From: Fidelibacterota bacterium
GTDB lineage: Bacteria > Fidelibacterota > Marinisomatia > Marinisomatales > JABMOV01
Direction: 5' to 3'
Length of the DNA: 64,000 nucleotides
NCBI GenBank assembly: GCA_013203145.1
Contig: JABMOV010000139.1
Location: forward strand, 9,898 to 73,897
A program made the translations under genes and the position numbers. Positions 56,176-64,000 of the stretch are shown piece after piece (within the stretch, counting starts at the first letter, position 1; each line of letters opens with the position of its first letter). Under the pieces are notes generated by a model, which did not search any database, was not told the DNA's origin, and saw nothing but the letters and a program-made list of their open reading frames with translations.

Positions 56176-57500
56176 TGTCACACATTCTCAGGCCATTGAT
56201 TATTATAATATTTGCAGGGACGATGCTGGTTGCACAAGTTGATTCCCTTGAATTAGATATTTTAACAAAAGCTCAGACACATATGACTGAAGGTCGGTAT
56301 AAGGCTGCTCGAATCGCCTATACTATTTATCTTAAAACAGACGCCACATCATATTCTGCTCTTTATGGAATGGCAAGAATCAACGCATTTGAAAACAATT
56401 TTGATGAATCGATACAGTACTACAATATGGTGCTTCAGCACTATAAAGGTGATCCTGATGCTGTATTAGGCCGAGCACGTGTTTACGCCTGGAAGGGCGA
56501 ATATAGTCTGGCAGAAAAAGAATTCATCGCAATTACAAAACGATTCCCAGATTACGAAGATGCCTGGGTGGCTCTAGCAGATCTCTATCGGTGGTGGAAC
56601 AAGCCAGATGAGGCTGAAGAAGTTTATTCTCACCTTATTTCTCTAAAACCCGAGAACCCAAATTATTATATTAAACGTGGCAATGTTTATTTATCGCAAG
56701 ATCGCATAAATGAAGCCCGCTTCGACCTGGAGCGGGCTGTGGCGTTGGGGGGAGACAATCGAAAAACATTTACTCTTTTACAAAAAATTAATCGCTCGCC
56801 GGGACAAGCTGTGCTTAACGGTGGTATTTCTTATATCAATGAGGCCTTTTCCAGTAATGAGGCGCTAAACTGGTCAGCATATAATGAAATGGGAAAACTT
56901 GCCGGTCGAAAAGGCACTTATATTTTTCATGGAATCCAGGCTTTTCGCTCAGGCTTTAGCGATGATGCCATTGCCTTAGATAGCTATTTCAATACATGGA
57001 ATAATGCTTATATGAATATTTACGGTCAAGTGACCGATGCACCCAACTTTTTACCATTCAGCATTGTTCGATTAGAACTATTTCAGGGGTTTGGTAGCGG
57101 ATGGGAAACATCGTTTGGAACAACCCGCATGAATTTCCCCAAAAACCCCGTCGATATGTATCAGGTTACGGGAGCAAAATATGCAGGTAATTGGTACCTC
57201 CGAACGAAACTGCTGTGGATACCAATCGATAATAAAACAAGTCGTTTATATACATTATATGGCAGACGATTTTTGAAAACGATTAATCAATATGTGGAAT
57301 TTTTCTATGGATGGAGTGCTGTACCAAGCTCAATCATATCCATGGAAGATTTATCAAGAGCCGATGCCATTTTGTATGGTATCACGCTTCAAAAACAAAT
57401 GTTTGGGCAACGATTGGTATTTATTACCTGGGCAATGAGAAAAGAAGTGGATGCATCCACTCAAACGATTTCGTTCGGTTATTGGCTCAACGCTAATTAA
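56175..57500 (+). CDS. TPR-repeat plus YaiO-like outer-membrane beta-barrel protein (putative polysaccharide export porin)
   Basis: 441 aa with a signal peptide, about 5 TPR units in the N-terminal half, and a beta-strand-rich C-terminal half resembling YaiO-type barrels. Its start shares a base with the GT2 stop. Confidence 0.65.
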   Translation: MSHILRPLIIIIFAGTMLVAQVDSLELDILTKAQTHMTEGRYKAARIAYTIYLKTDATSYSALYGMARINAFENNFDESIQYYNMVLQHYKGDPDAVLGRARVYAWKGEYSLAEKEFIAITKRFPDYEDAWVALADLYRWWNKPDEAEEVYSHLISLKPENPNYYIKRGNVYLSQDRINEARFDLERAVALGGDNRKTFTLLQKINRSPGQAVLNGGISYINEAFSSNEALNWSAYNEMGKLAGRKGTYIFHGIQAFRSGFSDDAIALDSYFNTWNNAYMNIYGQVTDAPNFLPFSIVRLELFQGFGSGWETSFGTTRMNFPKNPVDMYQVTGAKYAGNWYLRTKLLWIPIDNKTSRLYTLYGRRFLKTINQYVEFFYGWSAVPSSIISMEDLSRADAILYGITLQKQMFGQRLVFITWAMRKEVDASTQTISFGYWLNAN

Positions 57501-57508
57501 GAAATTAT

Positions 57509-58684
57509 ATGAAACATAAACTCATTCGGACTATTAGGCGACCGTTTGAAATTATCGTAATCCGATACCTTCTTGGTGCGGCACTGCTAACACCTCTTTT
57601 CATGTGGATATTTTGGTTTATTCAGACTCCTGTTCCATTTTCATTATTCATATTAGACAAATCTGTATTAGATAATAGAGCTCAAGAACATTGTTCGATC
57701 TCTTGGGTATTAGCACAAGAGAAAATAACAAAATCCAATGGTGACCTTTATGATATCAATCAAGACTACTATGGCTTTTTTCCGTTAGAAGGAAATCGCA
57801 TGTTTAGCATCCGCGATTTGGGAGGCTGGAAAGAGGAAAAAATCGATAGTTTGAGCGCAGAATATGATGGAGCTTATATTGCAGAATCATATGGTGTTTA
57901 TCGGAAAGATTTAATACCGGAATACACCGGGCAAAACAAACTTCTTTACGGTGGATTGACCAACGAAGAAGCATATTTTTTAAAAAAAATGGTGGAGCAA
58001 AATAAACCCGTTATTTCTGAATTCAATTTTATAGGTACACCAACGATTTCAAGTGTTCGCAAAGAGATGGAAGAAACATTTGGGATAAGATGGTCAGGAT
58101 GGGTTGGTCGATTAATGGAATCATTGGATACAACAAAAAATTTGGATATTCCAGAATGGTTACCGAATTCATATATGGAACAGAATAATGGGCAATGGCC
58201 ATTCAAAGGATCGGGCGTTATTTTTGTCCATACCAGCGGTGAATTATTTGTGATGGAGCACGAGAAACATTTGCGAATAAAAACCCCTGTAATTCAAACT
58301 CGAAAAAACCAGCGGGATGTTTATGGATTGCCAAAAGTAATGGAATATCCATTTTGGTTTGATATTACTTTTCCAACCCAGACGGAACATATCGTTTCCT
58401 ATTACACGTTGTACACGACTCAATTGGGAGATTCTCTGTTAGCCAGTCATGGTTTACCGGGATCATTTCCTGCAGTGATTCATAATCCCGATGTTGGTGG
58501 GGGGTTTTATTATTTTGCAGGTGATTTTGCAGATAATCCCATTTCAACCTTATCGGCTTATTTTAAAGGCGTACATTGGTTTCAAACTTTTTTTTATAAT
58601 CCACAGGATATCACTGACAGACGAGATTTTTTCTGGAATTACTACCGCCCACTTCTAACGACCATTATGAAAGAGAATATTTAA
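57509..58684 (+). CDS. Membrane-anchored protein of unknown function (last gene of the EPS module)
   Basis: 391 aa with one N-terminal TM. No motif was recognised. Confidence 0.5.
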   Translation: MKHKLIRTIRRPFEIIVIRYLLGAALLTPLFMWIFWFIQTPVPFSLFILDKSVLDNRAQEHCSISWVLAQEKITKSNGDLYDINQDYYGFFPLEGNRMFSIRDLGGWKEEKIDSLSAEYDGAYIAESYGVYRKDLIPEYTGQNKLLYGGLTNEEAYFLKKMVEQNKPVISEFNFIGTPTISSVRKEMEETFGIRWSGWVGRLMESLDTTKNLDIPEWLPNSYMEQNNGQWPFKGSGVIFVHTSGELFVMEHEKHLRIKTPVIQTRKNQRDVYGLPKVMEYPFWFDITFPTQTEHIVSYYTLYTTQLGDSLLASHGLPGSFPAVIHNPDVGGGFYYFAGDFADNPISTLSAYFKGVHWFQTFFYNPQDITDRRDFFWNYYRPLLTTIMKENI

Positions 58685-58686
58685 AA

Positions 58687-59241
58687 TTATCTAAATATTA
58701 ATAATCGGTTTCCCTTATTCAAATCATCGGCGGTGATTGTCCATTCTTCTATAATAAATCGCTGATCCAATTGCGACACTACTTCATGACTGGAATATGT
58801 TTTTTTTCTAAAAGAAAGTTCGTTCTTTGTTTTACTCAAGACGTTTGAATTCTTCGGATTTGCTAATAATAATAGAATGCGAATATCGCTGACTTGAGTG
58901 GCTAATTCATTCCAGGTATAACCTGCAAAACTGGATATGGGTATAGGTGAATTGAGTTTTATATTTGTGAGATAATTTTTTTGATTGGTTTCTCCGGGGT
59001 AATAAAGATCACCAAAAATATCCCGACGGCCCTCTTTATAATTAACAATAAACACGAGGACTACATTATCAGCGTTGTTTGTTGGCAATTTTTCAAACTG
59101 GATATAAAGAGAATCGGGAGTGTGTTGTGTTATGTCAGACGGCTTACCCTGACCATAAAAAAATGTGCTCATCAAAAGGAACAACAAGGGCAATGAATGG
59201 CAAGGTTTAATTATCGTCTTCATCATCATCGTCTTCATCAT
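58687..59241 (-). CDS. Secreted hypothetical protein
   Basis: 184-aa ORF with a signal-like leader. Its 5' end overlaps the upstream gene by 35 nt, so a later Met may be the start. Confidence 0.4.
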   Translation of the reverse strand: MMKTMMMKTIIKPCHSLPLLFLLMSTFFYGQGKPSDITQHTPDSLYIQFEKLPTNNADNVVLVFIVNYKEGRRDIFGDLYYPGETNQKNYLTNIKLNSPIPISSFAGYTWNELATQVSDIRILLLLANPKNSNVLSKTKNELSFRKKTYSSHEVVSQLDQRFIIEEWTITADDLNKGNRLLIFR

Positions 59242-60484
59242 TATTGTTCATATCTACAGTGAAGATTTTTAATCCCCCTAATCCGCTGGCTACAAAGAGA
59301 ACGTCATTGTTGTACTCAACATGGTTAGCAGAAAGACCATCGCCAATTCGAAATTTTCCAACCAGATGGAGGGAATCCAAAGAACATGTATTATCGTTGA
59401 GGTTTGAATTTGTAGCAGCGACATATACGCCAGCTTCACCATTGGCAATAAACAAAAGACGTTTGTCAGCAGAAACTGAATTTGTCACAGTTTTGGATAG
59501 AGGTAGATCGTCGAGTTCGGGTTGTGGGATTTCATCAATGATGTTCCCATTATCTAAACAAACAATCTGAGTCCCGCCGTCACCCAGCCCGAGAATTGCT
59601 TTCCTTTTCCGCAATTTTACAGTGGATTTGGAAAAGTCAATGTTGGCACCAGATAGAGAATAAGTATCAACAACCTCTCCGGAATATTTATCAAAAATAA
59701 CTAACTGTGCAGGTGTGCCAGCCACGACACCGATATCATTCCCATCACTATCTACACCTCTGGCATCCTCAACCGACAGCGAATCTATTTTTTCTAGCGA
59801 AGATTTATCAAGAGTTGTGACATAGCCATTATCCGCCCCAGAGGATACAAATATGTAATTCCCTGCAATATCAACATCCGTAGCTGCCCAACTGGGAATA
59901 TCCACAATGGTACTATTGGTTGTTAAAATACCATTGTTCACAGCGATACGCTCCAGAATGGCAGGCGATGAATAGTCGCCACCGTTGGTGGCTGAAGCCA
60001 GATAGAGATAATCATTTTTGAAAGTTAGTCCATTAACATCTGTATCTGTAAATAAGGCTTGAGAAATGAGGGTTGGATTATAGATGTCGTCAATATCAAA
60101 GACATCGACGCCACCTAAAAAAGTTTCTCCCGCAACATTATAAGCAACATATGCCCTTTTCCCCTTAATCTTCACATCATTGGCCTGTAATGTGTCGCCA
60201 TTCCAAATTGGGGGATCAACTTCCGCTACAAGCGTTAATATAATTGTATCTGGGACGGCTGCAACAGAACGGCCCATTTGTGGAATTGAGTCTAATGCGA
60301 CAATCTCATTTCGCTGGGTAAGTCGTTGGGCCAAGACAGCTTCATTGTCTTCAAGGACAATCCGCTGATCTGTCTCATTTTCCAATTTTGGGCATGCAAT
60401 CATTAGCAAAGACAGTAAAGCAAATGAAAGCAATAATAATGCTGAATTCATATTTTTCACAATAAAACTCCGATGTGATAACAA
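59207..60484 (-). CDS. Lipoprotein with LVIVD-like beta-propeller repeats and a poly-acidic C-terminus
   Basis: 425 aa with a lipobox-like LLMIAC and repeats of the type GGVDVFDIDD / GGLKIFTVD. The tail is NNNDEDDDDEDDN. Confidence 0.5.
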   Translation of the reverse strand: MLSHRSFIVKNMNSALLLLSFALLSLLMIACPKLENETDQRIVLEDNEAVLAQRLTQRNEIVALDSIPQMGRSVAAVPDTIILTLVAEVDPPIWNGDTLQANDVKIKGKRAYVAYNVAGETFLGGVDVFDIDDIYNPTLISQALFTDTDVNGLTFKNDYLYLASATNGGDYSSPAILERIAVNNGILTTNSTIVDIPSWAATDVDIAGNYIFVSSGADNGYVTTLDKSSLEKIDSLSVEDARGVDSDGNDIGVVAGTPAQLVIFDKYSGEVVDTYSLSGANIDFSKSTVKLRKRKAILGLGDGGTQIVCLDNGNIIDEIPQPELDDLPLSKTVTNSVSADKRLLFIANGEAGVYVAATNSNLNDNTCSLDSLHLVGKFRIGDGLSANHVEYNNDVLFVASGLGGLKIFTVDMNNNDEDDDDEDDN

Positions 60485-60519
60485 ATATTACTCTAAAGTA
60501 CCCAAGAAATCCAGTATCC

Positions 60520-63414
60520 TTAAAATGGATTTATGAGCGCGAACCGCAAATAATTATTGGGGATTTCTTCTTTTTCCCATTCATCAAGGAGCTGGGCTGT
60601 TCCATAGGACAGAATTACAATGGGAGAACTTCCGACTGTGATTGATATTCTGGCTTCATATCCTGCAGTAAAAATAGGCTTCACTGAAGAATCTTTATCC
60701 CATGCGTTTCCATAATCAGCAATAAGCGCTCCTGTAATACTGCCCAAGGACAATCCCAATACATTTACAATGGGGAATTTCGGGATCATTGGGAATCGAA
60801 ATTCTGCAGTTCCCATATATGCTTGTTCACCAAAACGAATTCCTTCCCAGCCGCGAGGATTCATTGATTCAGGACCAAGGAGAGCTCCGACACTGCCGGG
60901 GAAATAGAGTGTCCAATCATTGCTCAAACCAACCACTTCCTGTGAAGGTGGAGAACTTCCGGCAATTTTATGATAACGTCCGCGCAAAAAGAGCGCGCCA
61001 AAACCAGTTGGGAGATTGATAAATGCGTCTGATTCAATACGCGAATAATTAAAATCACCATAAATGTTTTTATTCGCCATCTTGTACGACGCATTAAGAC
61101 CCCAACCGTTTTTTGGTAAATCGGCATTTGATTTATGTGGGCGACGGTTTATCCAGGTATAGGAGAGACTCAATAAGCCCTCTTTTCCTTCTTCTGGAGT
61201 TGGAAATTCATTCGAAAGACCTTCCCAGTAGGGTTTGCGATTATGTAATCGGAATCCACCAAGAATCGTATGATTGGAACTCGTATGGTTCCCAAAATTA
61301 AATGTTTCGCCCATCCAGAAACGAATTCCGTCTTTTACCTCCCAAAGAGATCGATCATTATATGTTTGATATTGAAAGTCGATACGATTAACAATATCTA
61401 TTCCCCAGAGTGGACCAGACATGGCATTCACATAAGAAAACACATAGGAGGGATATTCAAATTTCCAATCGGTTGATATGACTCCCTGAAAAATATGCCG
61501 TCCCATGGCGTCCGTCCAGATTGTCATTCCTTCAAAACGCTCAAATGGTAACACAAAAGAGGATAAATGTTTGATATGTTTTGTAAAACGATATTTTGTA
61601 TCAGAGGTGATATTTACCGGCCATGACTCATCCAGGTCGGACAATGGCGAAGCTGGAATATGAGTCCGCCAGGATGTAAATGTTTCCCGCATTGCTAATT
61701 GTTTGGTATCCGGTGTGCGATGGGGATTTACTTTTACTAATCGAACGGAATCCACATCAGATAAAGTGGTAGCGAGAATGGTAGAACCTTTGGGATTCCA
61801 TTGCCCAGTCCAAATGGCATCACCAACATCTGTAATCTGTTTAACAATGCCCGTTTCTAGTTGGACTGTGAACAAGTTTGGGGTAGAACCTTCATGGGAA
61901 GTAAACGTGATGTACTTGCCGTCTGGATGCCATACGGGTAGATAATCCACATCGGGATGATCTGTAATTCGGATGGATTTCTGTGTTTTGAAATTGTAGA
62001 CAAAAATATCCAGATTCCCATCTGACTCGGATTTGGCGTAGGCCAAAGATGAACCATCAGGAGAATATTTTGGGCTTAGTATTTGCGTATCATAAACAAA
62101 GTTTGTTAATGGTTCAGGAGTCCCACCATCTGAAGAAATTGTGTATAAATTTGTCACGCTATTTTTGTGTGCAACAAAGACAATCTGTTTTCCGTCAGGT
62201 GACCAATCAGGATAGCTTGCACGAAAAGAATGTGTCAGCCATTTCTTATTCCCATTTTCAACATCAGCAATCCGAATATCCCAGACCATAGATTGATGAT
62301 CACCAAAATGGTATTTTGAGTAGGCTACTTGTTTTCCGTCGGGCGACCAAGAAAGACTTCCATGAAATATACCATAATCAAGTTCTTCAGATTCCCAATT
62401 GATGGTTTTTTTCTTTTTTGCTACACCCTTCTTTCCCTCTTTTTGAAACAAGGAAAATGGAAATTTCTCTTTGTTGTGCTTTTTTGAAGTATCCTGCGTG
62501 AAAATAAGGAGTGAGCGATCTTTTTGGTTTTCATCTTCACGACCAATAATGGCCATTTTGAGGCTGTCTTGTGAAAGGGCAGCGCCGCGCATAGATTTTA
62601 CCGGAAGTGTAAATGTTTCACCGACTTCTCTAATGAGTTCCTTTTGTGAGCGATAGCCATAATAATAGGTGTTCATGTGGCGTCGCCAATCTTCATTAAA
62701 CTGGTCCACATCTAATCCCGTAGCTTTTTTGAATCCGTCGCCAAAATCGAAGATTTTCAATTTATTTCGATGGTGAACTATATTAACAAAGGTAGAGTCA
62801 CCAAATTGCTCTGCAAGGTACAAGAGCTTGGAAAACCCATCATGATGGGGATCCATTTCATCCTCTTTTTGTTTTAGAACATGCCATTTGTGAGATAAGT
62901 CTGAACGATGGGGGCGCCATCGTTCTGTATAATATTCAGCAGCACCTTCGACAAACCAACTAGGAATCCCAGAAAATAAAAGCCCAAATGGTTCAGGCAT
63001 CCACGACTTAACCGCATTCATTAAGACAATATGTTGTAATTCGTGGGCAGTTACCTGATACAGCCATTTTTCATCTTCGAGCCACACAGCCACATCATTT
63101 TGATCTACCCAGATAAACACCATATTGGTAAATAACGCATATCCGTTCATGATTTCATCTTCGGATGTATATGTAATATCGATTGTGGGCATTGATTCAA
63201 CGCCCATTTGTTTCATTAGATCAGGAAGGACTTGTTCTGATATGCTGGCACCTTGTTTGGCAATTTCTTCAATACCTTCATGATAATGAATATTGAAATG
63301 TTCGGTTTTCAGAGTTCGCCATTTTAATTCAGGATGGGTTCGTCCTGACCATTGCCATGTGCCCTGTGAGAAAACAGTGTTAAAAAGGAGTATAATATAT
63401 ATCAACTTTTTCAT
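60520..63414 (-). CDS. Large secreted fusion: HExxH metallopeptidase-like domain, TolB-type PD40 beta-propeller, C-terminal beta-barrel
   Basis: 964 aa with a signal peptide and the zinc motif TAHELQHIV. It has at least four PD40 repeats (WSPDGKQVAY, WSPDGKQIVFV, YSPDGSSLAYA, WHPDGKYITFT). The C-terminal ~350 aa are beta-rich and end LRFALINPF, like OM barrels. Confidence 0.7.
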   Translation of the reverse strand: MKKLIYIILLFNTVFSQGTWQWSGRTHPELKWRTLKTEHFNIHYHEGIEEIAKQGASISEQVLPDLMKQMGVESMPTIDITYTSEDEIMNGYALFTNMVFIWVDQNDVAVWLEDEKWLYQVTAHELQHIVLMNAVKSWMPEPFGLLFSGIPSWFVEGAAEYYTERWRPHRSDLSHKWHVLKQKEDEMDPHHDGFSKLLYLAEQFGDSTFVNIVHHRNKLKIFDFGDGFKKATGLDVDQFNEDWRRHMNTYYYGYRSQKELIREVGETFTLPVKSMRGAALSQDSLKMAIIGREDENQKDRSLLIFTQDTSKKHNKEKFPFSLFQKEGKKGVAKKKKTINWESEELDYGIFHGSLSWSPDGKQVAYSKYHFGDHQSMVWDIRIADVENGNKKWLTHSFRASYPDWSPDGKQIVFVAHKNSVTNLYTISSDGGTPEPLTNFVYDTQILSPKYSPDGSSLAYAKSESDGNLDIFVYNFKTQKSIRITDHPDVDYLPVWHPDGKYITFTSHEGSTPNLFTVQLETGIVKQITDVGDAIWTGQWNPKGSTILATTLSDVDSVRLVKVNPHRTPDTKQLAMRETFTSWRTHIPASPLSDLDESWPVNITSDTKYRFTKHIKHLSSFVLPFERFEGMTIWTDAMGRHIFQGVISTDWKFEYPSYVFSYVNAMSGPLWGIDIVNRIDFQYQTYNDRSLWEVKDGIRFWMGETFNFGNHTSSNHTILGGFRLHNRKPYWEGLSNEFPTPEEGKEGLLSLSYTWINRRPHKSNADLPKNGWGLNASYKMANKNIYGDFNYSRIESDAFINLPTGFGALFLRGRYHKIAGSSPPSQEVVGLSNDWTLYFPGSVGALLGPESMNPRGWEGIRFGEQAYMGTAEFRFPMIPKFPIVNVLGLSLGSITGALIADYGNAWDKDSSVKPIFTAGYEARISITVGSSPIVILSYGTAQLLDEWEKEEIPNNYLRFALINPF

Positions 63415-63426
63415 AGCAGTTCCACG

Positions 63427-64000
63427 TTAGGTGTTAGCCTGAATTAAAGTGACGGTTCCGAATGTCATATTTTTAATAGATACGTGTTTAAATCCATTTT
63501 TCAGGACGAGTGTTTCAAGTTTGGATCGCGAAGGAAATTCTCCCACCGATTCTGGTAAATAGCGATAGGCATCCGCTCTTGAAAAAAAAGCTGCTAAACG
63601 TGGAAGTATAACATGAAAATACCAACGATATAAAGCGGCAAATATTTTGGATTGTGGTAGGGCAAATTCAAGAATAAGCAAAGATCCACCGGGAACAAGT
63701 ACACGGCTGAATTCCTGTAAAGCATTATCATAATGACCAATATTTCGGAAGCCGAATGATATGGTAATGGCAGAGAAGGACTGATCTGGGAAAGGCAATA
63801 ATTCACCGTCGCCCTGGAGTACGTAAAATGCTGGACACTTTTTTGCCTTGGTTTTTTCCAAACAGTGTCGAGTCATTTGAAAGGAATAATCCAGGCCATA
63901 AACAGTACTTTTCGGATGGACTTTTTGAATGAGAACACCAACATCGCCAGTCCCGGTAGCCACATCAAGCACTGGTTTATCCATTAGAACGGGAAGGGCG
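63427..64000 (-). CDS. ubiE: Demethylmenaquinone/ubiquinone methyltransferase UbiE/MenG (N-terminus off the window end)
   Basis: Carries the SAM motif VLDVATGTGDVG, then DYSFQM, and the FGFRN motif typical of UbiE. The frame stays open upstream of the track Met to position 64000. Confidence 0.85.
   Translation of the reverse strand, partial: ALPVLMDKPVLDVATGTGDVGVLIQKVHPKSTVYGLDYSFQMTRHCLEKTKAKKCPAFYVLQGDGELLPFPDQSFSAITISFGFRNIGHYDNALQEFSRVLVPGGSLLILEFALPQSKIFAALYRWYFHVILPRLAAFFSRADAYRYLPESVGEFPSRSKLETLVLKNGFKHVSIKNMTFGTVTLIQANT

Overview
AT-rich bacterial chromosomal segment. The gene content (OM beta-barrels, TolB-like repeats, LolA-like and YaiO-like proteins) suggests a Gram-negative, possibly FCB-superphylum-like uncultivated lineage, but the phylum cannot be fixed from sequence alone. 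Most of the window is densely packed housekeeping backbone: eno-ftsB, motAB-like stator, folC, rho, an aspartate aminotransferase, rpmE-DUF1385-prfA, prmC, a UbiA prenyltransferase, pcm and ubiE. It also holds several accessory operons: an ArsR-controlled redox/permease cluster, a TetR/ABC/LolA-like export cluster, and an ~10.5-kb tightly coupled or overlapping operon running Hpt-REC-hybrid kinase-diguanylate cyclase-REC into a synthase-type exopolysaccharide module. The most unusual region is 20364-32857. This ~12.5-kb accessory island splits the normally adjacent prfA and prmC genes. Most of its genes are on the minus strand and are separated by a family of related 100-265-bp junction repeats with attC-like architecture (hairpin, conserved GTT crossover-like triplet, complementary core sites at cassette ends). 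This looks like an integron-type cassette array with no integrase in view. One cassette is a complete Thoeris defence system (thsB-thsA-thsB'). Beside it sit three orphan small-membrane-protein cassettes, and a tripartite HipBST-type toxin-antitoxin module with three operator palindromes is bracketed by direct repeats of the island-boundary motif. Other points of interest are an orphan Cas6-like RAMP protein with a charged repeat tail between rho and the aminotransferase, and a RAYT-type Y1 transposase whose own ORF carries a perfect 20-bp REP-like palindrome that recurs twice nearby. No rRNA, tRNA or CRISPR array was recognised by eye.
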